IMG/VR virus record: IMGVR_UViG_3300033562_000245
Span: 32,001 to 96,000 of that record
Strand: one strand, 5' to 3'
Source: a virus
DNA: 64,000 bases
Positions 10,107 to 20,318 of the stretch are shown piece after piece (the stretch's first letter is position 1; each line of letters opens with the position of its first letter). Position numbers and translations under genes: made by a program. Under the pieces are notes generated by a model. It did no database searches, had not been told where the DNA came from, and worked only from the letters and a program-made list of their open reading frames with translations.

Positions 10107-11624
10107 ATGACATTTAAAGGACTAGAAACCTTATTAAATACAACCGATACTAAACTTGGCTTTGCAATGGAAAAAGCTATACAGCCCTTATGCGACGTCA
10201 GGGATGCTGAACCGGACGGCAACAAACGTTCTGATCTCATGAGAGATATTCTTCCTGGTGTTATAAAGAATTTAACATCGGTTATGGCCGATTATTATAA
10301 GGTTCCATTTGCTATAAAAGATTATCCTAACTCACAGGATGCTTACTTCTTGCCTAGATTCAAGTACGGAAGTAGATTAGAAAAAACATTAACCGATAGA
10401 TGGTATCAAAAAACATCTATAAAAACAAATACAGCAGATGGGCTTTCTAAGTTAAATGATTCTCTGCTTCATGATATATATTTAGATAACCCTGATTTAG
10501 ATGATAAAGATGTTTTAGCAGGATTCTCATTCGATGTAGTAATAGACTTCGTTGGATTTTTGAACTCATCCGAAGAGATTACTGTAGGTATAGAGGATTT
10601 TACAGCAGCAGAAGTGGTTGCTTTTATACTACACGAATTTGGTCATTTTATCAGTATGTGTAAAAGATTTTCTCAGACCAAACTGTCATTACGAGTCGCT
10701 AAGGAGCATTATAGTTATTTCCTAAAATACGCAGAGCCTGAAGAGAAAAAGAAATTTATAGATCATCAAATTAAAATGTTCGGTGAGGATAAGTATATTC
10801 CAAAAGAACACTTAGAATTAGCACAAAAAATTGCTATAGTAGAAAAAGAAGTTAAAAGTTCTATTCTTGATATACCTGGTGACGTTCTAAGAAATATTCT
10901 TTACACAATAGGTGTATTGGTTATAGTAGGAAATAATATCTTAGACTCTATTCTCGAGATGGTCATTACAAAAGGGTTTACAAATAGTCTGTTGGAAATA
11001 GCCAGTATTAGGTACCAAAAAGACGACGATTACTTATCTAACAATCGACAAATGAGTTTAAAAGAAACGGAAGCCGATTCGTATGCTGCACACCACGGGT
11101 ACGGCGGGGCTTTATCTTCAGGTTTGTCTAAACTACAACAAGCAGGTCGGCTGACAATGTTCTTTACGAAAGGTGCTAGACAATCGAAATATCTATATTA
11201 CCTTAGTACTTTTGTAGACGCTACGGTTACGACTATCACGAACGAAGAAGATATGACCGGTCTATATACATACGAACCGTTGGTTGCTCGTTTAACTACC
11301 ATTAGATCAGAAACAGTTAAATGTCTTAAGGATGCCAAATTACCAAGAGAAATATCAAATAAATATTTATCTCAGCTTGACGAGATAGAAAGAAATATTA
11401 AAGCCGCGAAAACTAAGCATATGCTTCCTGGTATTATTAATAGTTTGATTTCTGTAATTGCATATATTAACCCTATATATTTTGTCACAGCAGCAGGGTT
11501 TCTACTGTTTACAAATAAGACTCCTGGTATGGGCAAGCTTTTAAAACAAATAGAACTACTAAAAAATAATGATATATATGTAGCATCAGCTAAATTTAGT
11601 TCGATGTTAGAAAGGAAACAATAA
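10107..11624 (+). CDS. Virion-associated zinc metallopeptidase-like protein (HExxH)
   Basis: FTAAEVVAFILHEFGH plus downstream ETEADSYAAHHGYG, an M48-like arrangement; lies in the head gene cluster. Confidence 0.65.
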   Translation: MTFKGLETLLNTTDTKLGFAMEKAIQPLCDVRDAEPDGNKRSDLMRDILPGVIKNLTSVMADYYKVPFAIKDYPNSQDAYFLPRFKYGSRLEKTLTDRWYQKTSIKTNTADGLSKLNDSLLHDIYLDNPDLDDKDVLAGFSFDVVIDFVGFLNSSEEITVGIEDFTAAEVVAFILHEFGHFISMCKRFSQTKLSLRVAKEHYSYFLKYAEPEEKKKFIDHQIKMFGEDKYIPKEHLELAQKIAIVEKEVKSSILDIPGDVLRNILYTIGVLVIVGNNILDSILEMVITKGFTNSLLEIASIRYQKDDDYLSNNRQMSLKETEADSYAAHHGYGGALSSGLSKLQQAGRLTMFFTKGARQSKYLYYLSTFVDATVTTITNEEDMTGLYTYEPLVARLTTIRSETVKCLKDAKLPREISNKYLSQLDEIERNIKAAKTKHMLPGIINSLISVIAYINPIYFVTAAGFLLFTNKTPGMGKLLKQIELLKNNDIYVASAKFSSMLERKQ

Positions 11625-12715
11625 TGTCTTCTCATAATACCTTTAAAGTAATCGATTCTATTCTAGTAAAAAATAAAATAGAGCAAAGTAGTACCTTATA
11701 TGAAAACATAGTTGCGTCATATGAAAATTTAATGACCTGCGATATATACCCGGACGCAATGGAGATTAACCGAATAAATAGTAGCATAGAAAACCTAAAC
11801 TCTTTATTTTTTGAGTTAGAGAGATTTAAATCAACCGACATCGATATTCGAGTATTGAACGACTTAAATCTCTTAGACAATTTAACTGTGAATGATTTTA
11901 AAGGTCTATCTCAATCCGGATGTCAAGAACTTGCAATTGAAAGTTTTGGGTCCGCCATTAGAGACGGACTTATTCGTCTGTTTCAGTACATAATTAAAAA
12001 ATTTAGCGAGTTAATTGATTTTATTAAGAAGTGGTTTATTTCGGCATGGAAAGGTGAGCACCTAAAAAAATCAGCAAACGATCTAAACGATAAAATAAGA
12101 ACAGCCCCAAAAGAAAAACTACTTCTTGTTAGAGTAGAAAATGTAATGAATTTGACAGAAGGTTCTTTAAGATGTAATTTGTACGGTGAACTAATTACAG
12201 CTATATTTCATACATTGGAATCGAATAAGTATTTAATAGATGTTGATAACTATACCTTAGATCTTGATACTCTAAGAATACCTATGGCAGCGGCTATAGC
12301 TGTGGCCGACCCTAATGGTCGACTTGGTGTTACTTTAGATGTATTCGATAAAAAGGTTGTATTTAGTGCCCCTCCTATGAAAGAGGATAGTGTGATAACC
12401 TGCGCGGCTTCTGATGATAATAACCATCAGGCATTACTATTGTTAATTTCTAATTTAGAAAAAACAATGGCAATATTTATTAAGTCTTTAGAACCTATCA
12501 AACAGTCCCATGCTGAGGTAGAGGATAAAATACGAAAGATTAGAAAAGCAGATCCTAACGGGGTCAGCCAAGCGATGGTAGATCGTGCCCAAATTTATTT
12601 TAATTTTCTACTTGTAGCTGAGAAAATATGTAAACTTTGTGCTATGGATTATAATAAAATACGCGCTACTTTCGGAAAACTTCAATCTGAGATAGATAAA
12701 CAACTAAAAGAATAG
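11624..12715 (+). CDS. Inner head protein paralog
   Basis: LAIE|SFG candidate cleavage site followed by 'LIRLFQYIIKKFSELIDFIKKWF'. Confidence 0.6.
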   Translation: MSSHNTFKVIDSILVKNKIEQSSTLYENIVASYENLMTCDIYPDAMEINRINSSIENLNSLFFELERFKSTDIDIRVLNDLNLLDNLTVNDFKGLSQSGCQELAIESFGSAIRDGLIRLFQYIIKKFSELIDFIKKWFISAWKGEHLKKSANDLNDKIRTAPKEKLLLVRVENVMNLTEGSLRCNLYGELITAIFHTLESNKYLIDVDNYTLDLDTLRIPMAAAIAVADPNGRLGVTLDVFDKKVVFSAPPMKEDSVITCAASDDNNHQALLLLISNLEKTMAIFIKSLEPIKQSHAEVEDKIRKIRKADPNGVSQAMVDRAQIYFNFLLVAEKICKLCAMDYNKIRATFGKLQSEIDKQLKE

Positions 12716-12960
12716 AAGATGAAAAACTATTGTTGTTTTAAAGACGAGTATTACAGAAAACGCTAAAGAATTGGTTAGCAATATAGATATAGTTCTACCT
12801 GTAATAATGAACGATTACAAAGGTACAATTTCCTCTATAGCGAATATAAATAGTGAGTTTTTGCACTTCTCTATAAAAGATTAAATAATGGCTATTGGAC
12901 TTAATACGAAAATTAAAAGATTAATAGTTAAAAATAAATACAGTAACATAAGAGGCCAAT

Positions 12961-13953
12961 ATGGAATCGTTAGACAGACGAAGCGAATTAGAAGATATAA
13001 AAGACGGGTTACTACTTGTAAATAACCTATGCACTATCCATGACATATGTAAGTCAGAAGGTACCAACCAAAGAACTTTAGATACGATCGAACTAATGTA
13101 TCCCGGATACGTTAAGCTTCTTCGTGGATGTAAATCTACAGAAAGTATCCTTGTTGGCACTGCTAATGTAATTCGAAAAATCTTCGAACTTATATTCGAA
13201 ACAATTAAAAGAATCACTCGACTTATTCTTTCTTTGATTTCAGATAGACATAGTAAATTAATGAAAGTAAAGAATGACGTAGATAGAATCAAAAATATCA
13301 AAGGCGATATTGAGATTAAATCTGACAACCCTCTCGCCAGAGGCCAGCTAGAATCTATGTTTAAAACGGTAATTCCCTATGAACTATTTATGTCAAGATT
13401 CAAAGCGGCCCAAGCACTAGAAAAGAAAGTTCGGGATATAAACCTAGAAGACTTTTATTCTGCTGCTAATTCAGTAAAAGAAACGGCTAAAGATCACGCT
13501 TTGCATTTGGTGTTTCCTGAGAAGGATCTTTATGCTAGTATCGGTATTAAGTATGATAGCGATTTTAGTAAAATGACCTTTGAGCCCATCATGGAAACCG
13601 AATCATACAAGAAAGAAAATATCTATACATTAGATAAAGTTAAAGAAATTATTATCGACTACTCTAAATTTACAGACTTGTGTGATAATATTTATAATTT
13701 GAATAAAGATATCATCTCTACCATGGAGAAGTGTAAAAACTTCGGACAAAAAGTAGAAGATGAAATTCAACATATAGATAAAGCAGATACTAATAAAATA
13801 AACAAAATTAAAGGCGCTGCAAATTCGATCCAGGAAATAATCTTTATATGCGATTATATCTCTAGTTTTACTTTAAAAGATCTCGCTAAAATTGAAATGT
13901 TATGCGGCACCGTTGCCACATTTGTAGAAACTAACAGAAGAAAAATTAAATAA
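12961..13953 (+). CDS. Inner head protein paralog
   Basis: MESLD N-terminus; KSTE|SIL site followed by an amphipathic helix. Confidence 0.6.
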   Translation: MESLDRRSELEDIKDGLLLVNNLCTIHDICKSEGTNQRTLDTIELMYPGYVKLLRGCKSTESILVGTANVIRKIFELIFETIKRITRLILSLISDRHSKLMKVKNDVDRIKNIKGDIEIKSDNPLARGQLESMFKTVIPYELFMSRFKAAQALEKKVRDINLEDFYSAANSVKETAKDHALHLVFPEKDLYASIGIKYDSDFSKMTFEPIMETESYKKENIYTLDKVKEIIIDYSKFTDLCDNIYNLNKDIISTMEKCKNFGQKVEDEIQHIDKADTNKINKIKGAANSIQEIIFICDYISSFTLKDLAKIEMLCGTVATFVETNRRKIK

Positions 13954-13971
13954 ATTACGAAAGGGTAACCA

Positions 13972-15021
13972 ATGAATTCTTTAGATTATAATCTCAAAAT
14001 GGAAAAATTTAATAAAACTGTTATTTGTTGTGAAACGTTATTAAACATGCACGACATGAAACAGAACAAAGTATCTGACAAAGCTATACTCACTTATGCC
14101 AAAATTAACGACATAGGTATTGCCGAATACTTTGCTCATGAAATTTCGACCGAAGGTATCATAAGTAAGGTATGGGAATTCCTTGTGAATCTATTCAAAA
14201 CTATCATGGAATTTTTAAGTGTAATTAAAACCGTTGTGGTTGCACAGAGAAAGAAACAAAAGATTAAAGAATTGTCGGAAATAATCACCAAAAAAGCTAA
14301 TCAATTAATTAAGGTGCCTTACATAAACCATACAGTTCAAACGACAGCAGATAAAGAAAAAGAGGAATCTTGGCAAAAACTTGTTAACTTCCAATTCGTT
14401 AAAGACAGAGCCAATGGCTGTGTAAAGTTTCTCACTGAGTTCGAAAGCCGAACACAAATACTTGCTCTAAGTGCATCCCCTATAGATTATTTGATAGCCA
14501 ATCCGGATAAAACAGAAGAGAGTAAATTTGAATTCGAAATCCAGATGAAACATATAGGTTTTTCATACGAAAATAAAACATTAAAATTAGATGCGTTCCA
14601 CGAATGCCCGACGGCTGAAGGTTATGTTCCGAATGGTAGACTAGAGCATATAAATGATTTTCCGAAACTAATGACAGCGTCGAACGCACTGGCCGAAGAG
14701 ATCGTAAAATGGGATGTCAATTTAAAAGCTCAAGCATTCATAATCGAACGCGGAAAAACAATGTCTGATTTGAAAAAACGAATTGCTTCGGGCCAAAAAG
14801 AATCCGCCGATGTTTGTATAAAAATATTAAAAGCGTTTAAACATGTTATTGTTATAATAAACAGCCTCCAACAAGATCTTGTTAAAATGTCTGACAACAT
14901 ATATAGTTTTCTAGTACTTACAGACAGCCTGCTTAATAAAATTAAAAAAGCTGTTGCTATCGAAACTAAAACTTATTCTAAAACCAAATACAAGGGCGAG
15001 TACGCCGTAGCTACCGCTTAA
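13972..15021 (+). CDS. Inner head protein paralog
   Basis: MNSLD...CCETL leader; ISTE|GII site. Confidence 0.6.
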   Translation: MNSLDYNLKMEKFNKTVICCETLLNMHDMKQNKVSDKAILTYAKINDIGIAEYFAHEISTEGIISKVWEFLVNLFKTIMEFLSVIKTVVVAQRKKQKIKELSEIITKKANQLIKVPYINHTVQTTADKEKEESWQKLVNFQFVKDRANGCVKFLTEFESRTQILALSASPIDYLIANPDKTEESKFEFEIQMKHIGFSYENKTLKLDAFHECPTAEGYVPNGRLEHINDFPKLMTASNALAEEIVKWDVNLKAQAFIIERGKTMSDLKKRIASGQKESADVCIKILKAFKHVIVIINSLQQDLVKMSDNIYSFLVLTDSLLNKIKKAVAIETKTYSKTKYKGEYAVATA

Positions 15022-15049
15022 CTTCAAACGATGAAAAGGATTTAACTAA

Positions 15050-16153
15050 ATGGAATCATTAGATTATAAACTTTACGATGAAAGAACAGAAAAACTTATA
15101 AACATGGCTGATAGTTTAATTATCTGCTGCGAAACCCTTTCTCCTAAAAATAAAATATCTCTGCAGTTACTCGAACTCAATGACAGTCAAGCCTTTGATT
15201 ATATTAAAGATTGCACTTCTGTAGAAGGTATTGTAGATAAAACAACAGACCTCCTTAAAACGATTTATACACGAATCAAAAAAGTAATCGATAAAGTTAC
15301 TTCTTTTGTTGCGGATACAACTACTGCCTTTACCAAATTCAGAGGACGCCTTTCTGCGAGTAAAAATGTAATATCCGCCGTCAGAAACACCCAATATTTT
15401 AAAGACACTAAAGTAAAATTTGACAACGAGGTCGAAAAACATTATAATAAATCATACTCCGAAGTTGCCCCGTTGAATTATCTTAAAGACAGATTCAGTA
15501 GTATCAGCGAACTAAGAAATGTTCTGATGAGATACGATATCACTAAATTTAAGAAAATGAGAGAGTCTGATCTTATTAAATTGAACAATATTACCGACCT
15601 AAAAAATGATATCCTTTCTTCTTTTATTAGGAGTAATTCTTCATCTAAAAAGAAAAACGGAATCGAACTTACTAGTGGCGGAAATATTCAATTTACATCG
15701 TACGATAAAGTAGTTGAAAATTATAAGCCGACGATGGATGAATTTAAAAAGATGTATGATGATATCTCAGTTATCGAGATGTTTACTGGGAAATTAACAG
15801 AATCTCTTAATATCATCAAAGAAGATCTTAATCATTTGCAAAAACTCGGAAAAACAATTACTAATAATGTTGAAAATAAATTAGTATCTAGTGTAATGCT
15901 GAAAGCTTTGAAAATTATAATCGCAGTGCAAAAAGAATTAGTATACCAAATTAGCGCTCTGGGTGACAATTTAAAGAAATCTGTCATTTCGGTTATGAAA
16001 TTATACGATTATATCAGTAGAATGAATTATACAGGGCAAGGCGCAGGGCAAACTGTATCAGAAAAAGAAGCAGCTGCCAATAGAGCTTTAATCGGAGCAC
16101 TTATATTGCAAATAGTATCGGTTGTTATGCGCATCTCAGTCATTTCTCATTAA
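15050..16153 (+). CDS. Inner head protein paralog
   Basis: MESLD...CCETL leader; TSVE|GIV site. Confidence 0.6.
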   Translation: MESLDYKLYDERTEKLINMADSLIICCETLSPKNKISLQLLELNDSQAFDYIKDCTSVEGIVDKTTDLLKTIYTRIKKVIDKVTSFVADTTTAFTKFRGRLSASKNVISAVRNTQYFKDTKVKFDNEVEKHYNKSYSEVAPLNYLKDRFSSISELRNVLMRYDITKFKKMRESDLIKLNNITDLKNDILSSFIRSNSSSKKKNGIELTSGGNIQFTSYDKVVENYKPTMDEFKKMYDDISVIEMFTGKLTESLNIIKEDLNHLQKLGKTITNNVENKLVSSVMLKALKIIIAVQKELVYQISALGDNLKKSVISVMKLYDYISRMNYTGQGAGQTVSEKEAAANRALIGALILQIVSVVMRISVISH

Positions 16154-16172
16154 TATTCAAATATCAACGTAA

Positions 16173-16201
16173 GTTGCAGGCTCGGTCACCGAGCCTGCAA
16201 C
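16173..16201. terminator. Terminator-like hairpin
   Basis: 13-bp stem gttgcaggctcgg/ccgagcctgcaac. Confidence 0.65.
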
Positions 16202-16228
16202 GCCGTATCGGAGAATTAAAGGATTCAT

Positions 16229-17185
16229 ATGGACAATTTAGATTTAACATTCGAAATGAAATATCTAAAGGATTCTCTAGTGTGTTGCGAAACCCTTTGT
16301 AATGTCTATGAGATGAGAAAAAATAAAGTTTCTGACAAAACAATCCACGTGTACGCGTATTGTAATGACGTAGGAATTGCCGAATACCTAGAAGGATCGC
16401 CTTCTACTGAAAGTCTCTGGGAAACAGTTAAAAATACATGTATTAAAGTTTATGAATTCTTTAGAGATCTTCTTAAAAAAGTTTTAACTTTTTTTGGTGT
16501 AGGTGCTTCTAAAGATAAGGCGGAAGCCAATAAGAAAAAAGAAAAAGAATTGCATGAATTTGAAGAAGAAATCAAAAAAGATCCGGACATCGATGATGAT
16601 TTAGATGAGGACGAGATACGAAGGAGACATAAACACGCATGGGCCGCGGCAAATGCAAAAAAAGAATTACAAACGATCCAAGAATTATTAGCTAAGATTC
16701 GACCAGATGAGAGCTTAGCCGCCAAAATGACAGAAGAAACAAAAGCTTACGGTTATCGGGTCAGTGATGGAAAATTGTCGTTTATAAAAGACGACCCTGA
16801 CGACGACGATGACGACCCTAGATGGAATGAAATGACGCACATGAAAACTATTATAGAGAACTGCGCTGAAGTCTATAAAAAAATAGAAGCTACAAAGAAA
16901 GAAGCAAATAAAATTATATCCGATTTTAAAGCTGCCGACAATAAATTCAAACAAGAAGTCGGTAAAATAAACTCAGAAAAAGAGGGCGATACTTCGGCAG
17001 TAAAAGAAGTTATAGGTGAAATTAGATTCGGAATCGATGCTCTAGGTAATATGCACGTAATCAACAAAGAAATTGATAAGATTAATAACCAAAACGATCA
17101 AGTTTTCAACGGCGTTAAAATTGTTTATGCAAAAGCGTCTAGGCCGGAAAGACGCAGATTGAAAAAACAAGTTACTAAGAAATAA
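16229..17185 (+). CDS. Inner head protein paralog
   Basis: MDNLD...CCETL...NKVSDK...NDVGIAEY leader close to that of 13972; PSTE|SLW site; acidic D-runs. Confidence 0.6.
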   Translation: MDNLDLTFEMKYLKDSLVCCETLCNVYEMRKNKVSDKTIHVYAYCNDVGIAEYLEGSPSTESLWETVKNTCIKVYEFFRDLLKKVLTFFGVGASKDKAEANKKKEKELHEFEEEIKKDPDIDDDLDEDEIRRRHKHAWAAANAKKELQTIQELLAKIRPDESLAAKMTEETKAYGYRVSDGKLSFIKDDPDDDDDDPRWNEMTHMKTIIENCAEVYKKIEATKKEANKIISDFKAADNKFKQEVGKINSEKEGDTSAVKEVIGEIRFGIDALGNMHVINKEIDKINNQNDQVFNGVKIVYAKASRPERRRLKKQVTKK

Positions 17186-17195
17186 AATATAAACC

Positions 17196-17225
17196 TATAC
17201 CACCCGGCATGTGCCGGATGGTATA
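17196..17225. terminator. Bidirectional terminator-like hairpin between convergent genes
   Basis: tatacca-c-ccggca/tgccgg-a-tggtata at the +/- strand junction. Confidence 0.65.
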
Positions 17226-17242
17226 AATAACTATTACATTTT

Positions 17243-17638
17243 TTAAATCAAAGTATTTCTGTAACCAGCATCTGTTAGTACTTGTCTCATCTGAGCGATA
17301 GCAACACTATTTACTTCAATGTCATGGATTCTAATATCCACAGTAGTAGCTGCCGACACAAGTTGAATAGTTGCAACATCAACCCAATCGACTGCTATGT
17401 ACACACGACCTTCTGTCTCTGTTTCTAAAGCAATGAAGAGCATGTCGCCAACCAACCCTAGAGTCGGAACAGTCTTGGCTACGTTAGCATGGTACGATGC
17501 AACGTCAGCTTCATTGGCCGCATTCTTATACTTACAGATAGCAGAAACTTCGCCGGAATAAACATTCTGATCATATATGTTTTGGGTTCTTAGTTTAATA
17601 ACACTACCTACATCGAATACTACGTTACCTATTTGCAT
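17243..17638 (-). CDS. Hypothetical protein
   Basis: 131-aa ORF with RBS (GAGGTAG), last gene of the minus-strand block. Confidence 0.6.
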   Translation of the reverse strand: MQIGNVVFDVGSVIKLRTQNIYDQNVYSGEVSAICKYKNAANEADVASYHANVAKTVPTLGLVGDMLFIALETETEGRVYIAVDWVDVATIQLVSAATTVDIRIHDIEVNSVAIAQMRQVLTDAGYRNTLI

Positions 17639-17650
17639 GTCTACCTCTCA

Positions 17651-18016
17651 CTATTCTATTCCGTCATCCTTGAAGAAATGAACAGTACAACGAAATAGAT
17701 AGTCTTTAAATTTTTGATTCTCACTTAGTTCTTTGTATGGAACTAAACTAGGATGAGTCTTCTTATCTTCATCTTTCTTCTCCCCATAAACCCAACCGTT
17801 AGCTATCTTATCATTCGTCCATTTCTCATGCATTTCTCTACACGTAAGTCCTGGATTCTCTAGATAGTTCTTAACACCGTCGGCTGTAATTCTTTTCATA
17901 TGACCAGGAAGGTCAGCCCAATTATCTTGCTTGGGCTCACCCACGGTGACAGAGAAACAAGAGTTCAGATTATGGCAAAGTTTAGCAATCTTTCTTATCT
18001 CCGGATACGTCAGCAT
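17651..18016 (-). CDS. RyR-domain (ryanodine receptor repeat) protein
   Basis: [43 protein letters not shown] matches the RyR repeat signature (HxxW...GWxYG..D..K.HP.LVPY..L). Confidence 0.85.
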   Translation of the reverse strand: MLTYPEIRKIAKLCHNLNSCFSVTVGEPKQDNWADLPGHMKRITADGVKNYLENPGLTCREMHEKWTNDKIANGWVYGEKKDEDKKTHPSLVPYKELSENQKFKDYLFRCTVHFFKDDGIE

Positions 18017-19928
18017 CTTTTTCCTCTTTGGGCATCGCTCCGCCCACCGATATAATCTTAGAAGAAGTTAGAAGATATAAATGTAGATCTCCGAACCTCT
18101 TTACCAAAGACTCGTTAATAGTTCTTGGTTGCATAACCATTGGGATCTTTAATTCAAATTCATTTTCAATATTCCAGTCCCAACTTTCAGTACCTAGAAT
18201 ATCTTTTATATTTGCAGCCCTCTTATCCAAAATTATACTAGAAACTATTTGCCAGGGGTGCTGCAATACAAAATCAAAGCTACGTTCATTATCAGAAATG
18301 GATTGTCTTAAAATCTTTATTCCGTCGATATAAGCATTGGAAAAATTAGACATACTAACAGCATTGCTAACTCCATGTTTATCTGTATTATCGGAACAAA
18401 ATCTTAGCAGAGTTTCAGCAGCACCAAATTCAAAACCATCTTTAAGAGCGCTTCTTGATGCATAGATAGAATCCTTTACTACAGCTACAGCGGTAGTAGA
18501 ATTATGTACCATACCACCAACCGTAATAACCAATCTCTTAGTATATTTAAGTTTGTGATAAAGTTCGGCCAGATTCATAACATCATCTCTACGAGTATAA
18601 GTCGGGCTACTTAAATGATGTTTCTCGATAGAATCGTTTATAACGTCAGCGAAGTCCTTCATTAGAGGGAATTCTGTGTTGTTAAAGAAAGGGTGTACGA
18701 TATCGTTTTCAGGATTTTCGTACAAACCGTTAATCGTGATCGTAGACTGATCAAAATCAATGTCAACGCCCTTGCCGTCGATACCGGTAATAACAGGAAA
18801 CATTTCCAAAGGATGCGTTGGTTCTTTACCTGATACTAGATTTAGAACGTGCATGTCATTTAGTCTACTATCCAAAGGTGTGTGTCGAATAATAGCGACG
18901 GTATTGTTCTGATAATTATCATCTTTAAGGAACTCGAAACAAGAATTAATACCTTTGGTTGTTTCATCGTCCATAGCATCACAATGGATAATAACAAGAG
19001 GTTTGTTCTCAATAACATGTTCTTTAATCATATCAATCAAAGCATCATAGAAAACCCTATGTCCAAGCATAATAGGATGAGTTAAAGCAACAAGAGTCGC
19101 TCCTTTATAAGAGAGTTCATTACCTCCCTTAATATTAAGCATACTTCGGTTCATAATTCTACCGTGAGTAGTGAACTGATCTTCCGTATATGAAATAACA
19201 AACCTATTACTCTCTTTCTCATAAACATTCTTTCTGAAGAAGAGATAGTCCCAGGATTCTTCTGGTGATTCTGCATACAACTTAGCAACGGCTTTAGATA
19301 ATTCAACATCGCCATGGGAAGAAGTAAATGCTTGACTATACGCAATATAGTAAACTATGTTTCTTCTTACTTTAGCGACAACTTCAGGAGTAACATCAAC
19401 TCCTCCGTTAGTAAGGAACTCAATGGCCGATGCAAGTTCTTTTTCCACTGACATACAGTGATAGTTACTATACTCAATATATTCGGCAAGAAACATGTCA
19501 TAGGTTCTTTTAAGAGTGTGGTAATTTATTCTATTGCCATCTGCTTTAATTTTAGCTATAACTTTATTTAAACTCTGCATTGTTCCGATGCTGATAATAA
19601 TAGCCGAAGTTGTGCCATCACCTGCTACATTATCAGAACTAGTTGCCACATAAGCAATAAGTCTTCTAAGAACATCGTAGATAGGATTGGTAAGTCTGAG
19701 GCTATTGATAATATCAGAACCATCTTTAGAAAAGGTAGGTCTATCCGGACACGAAATCCTATCGTCAATAATAACGAACGACGATTCGGGACCTGAATGA
19801 TCTTTCATTGTATCGAGGATAATAGCACAAACATCATCAAAGTATTGTCTGAATGTTTTTTCATCGACGATATTGGTCATACCTTTAAAAGCTGAAAGAT
19901 TAGATAGAGCTAAAGAACTTGATTCCAT
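17982..19928 (-). CDS. Phage-encoded GroEL-like chaperonin
   Basis: [24 protein letters not shown] equatorial ATP-binding motifs; [24 protein letters not shown] near the C-terminus; phage chaperonins are known in phiEL, OBP and AR9. Confidence 0.8.
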   Translation of the reverse strand: MESSSLALSNLSAFKGMTNIVDEKTFRQYFDDVCAIILDTMKDHSGPESSFVIIDDRISCPDRPTFSKDGSDIINSLRLTNPIYDVLRRLIAYVATSSDNVAGDGTTSAIIISIGTMQSLNKVIAKIKADGNRINYHTLKRTYDMFLAEYIEYSNYHCMSVEKELASAIEFLTNGGVDVTPEVVAKVRRNIVYYIAYSQAFTSSHGDVELSKAVAKLYAESPEESWDYLFFRKNVYEKESNRFVISYTEDQFTTHGRIMNRSMLNIKGGNELSYKGATLVALTHPIMLGHRVFYDALIDMIKEHVIENKPLVIIHCDAMDDETTKGINSCFEFLKDDNYQNNTVAIIRHTPLDSRLNDMHVLNLVSGKEPTHPLEMFPVITGIDGKGVDIDFDQSTITINGLYENPENDIVHPFFNNTEFPLMKDFADVINDSIEKHHLSSPTYTRRDDVMNLAELYHKLKYTKRLVITVGGMVHNSTTAVAVVKDSIYASRSALKDGFEFGAAETLLRFCSDNTDKHGVSNAVSMSNFSNAYIDGIKILRQSISDNERSFDFVLQHPWQIVSSIILDKRAANIKDILGTESWDWNIENEFELKIPMVMQPRTINESLVKRFGDLHLYLLTSSKIISVGGAMPKEEKDADVSGDKKDC

Positions 19929-19956
19929 TTATAATTTTTCCTTGGGTTAGTTTTTA

Positions 19957-20268
19957 TTATTTATTAGATGATAAATTTTTCATTATCTCTGATTTTTCTA
20001 TATCGATTTTAATTATCTTCTCTTTTATTCTTTGGAAAGAAGCGTAATCTAAATCTAATATATCGAATAGAGACAATTTAAGTTGGTCACACATATTAGT
20101 TGCAGTAACAACTTCAAATACTTTATCAAAATAGTAACTGGGATTGTTATTTGCATCGTCATAAAAAGATATGTATTTATGACTATTCGTTACTTTTACT
20201 AATTGATCTCTATTGAAACATTCGTCATTCATAATCTGGAAGGCATAGTCTTTATTATGCCCGTCCAA
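19957..20268 (-). CDS. Small ORF, probably the C-terminal extension of 20319..21827 via -1 frameshift
   Basis: TTG start with AAGGAGG ~20 nt away (too far for a typical RBS); the frame stays open upstream through the slippery site at 20361-20367. Confidence 0.6.
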   Translation of the reverse strand: MDGHNKDYAFQIMNDECFNRDQLVKVTNSHKYISFYDDANNNPSYYFDKVFEVVTATNMCDQLKLSLFDILDLDYASFQRIKEKIIKIDIEKSEIMKNLSSNK

Positions 20269-20318
20269 AGTATCTAAGAAGGCTCTCCCCTCCTTATCGT
20301 AATTCTGTATATACCCTA

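Noticed and set aside
17982-18016. Frameshift fusion of the chaperonin and RyR ORFs
   Set aside because: The RyR ORF has its own ATG with an AGAGG RBS at normal spacing, and no stimulatory structure was noticed.
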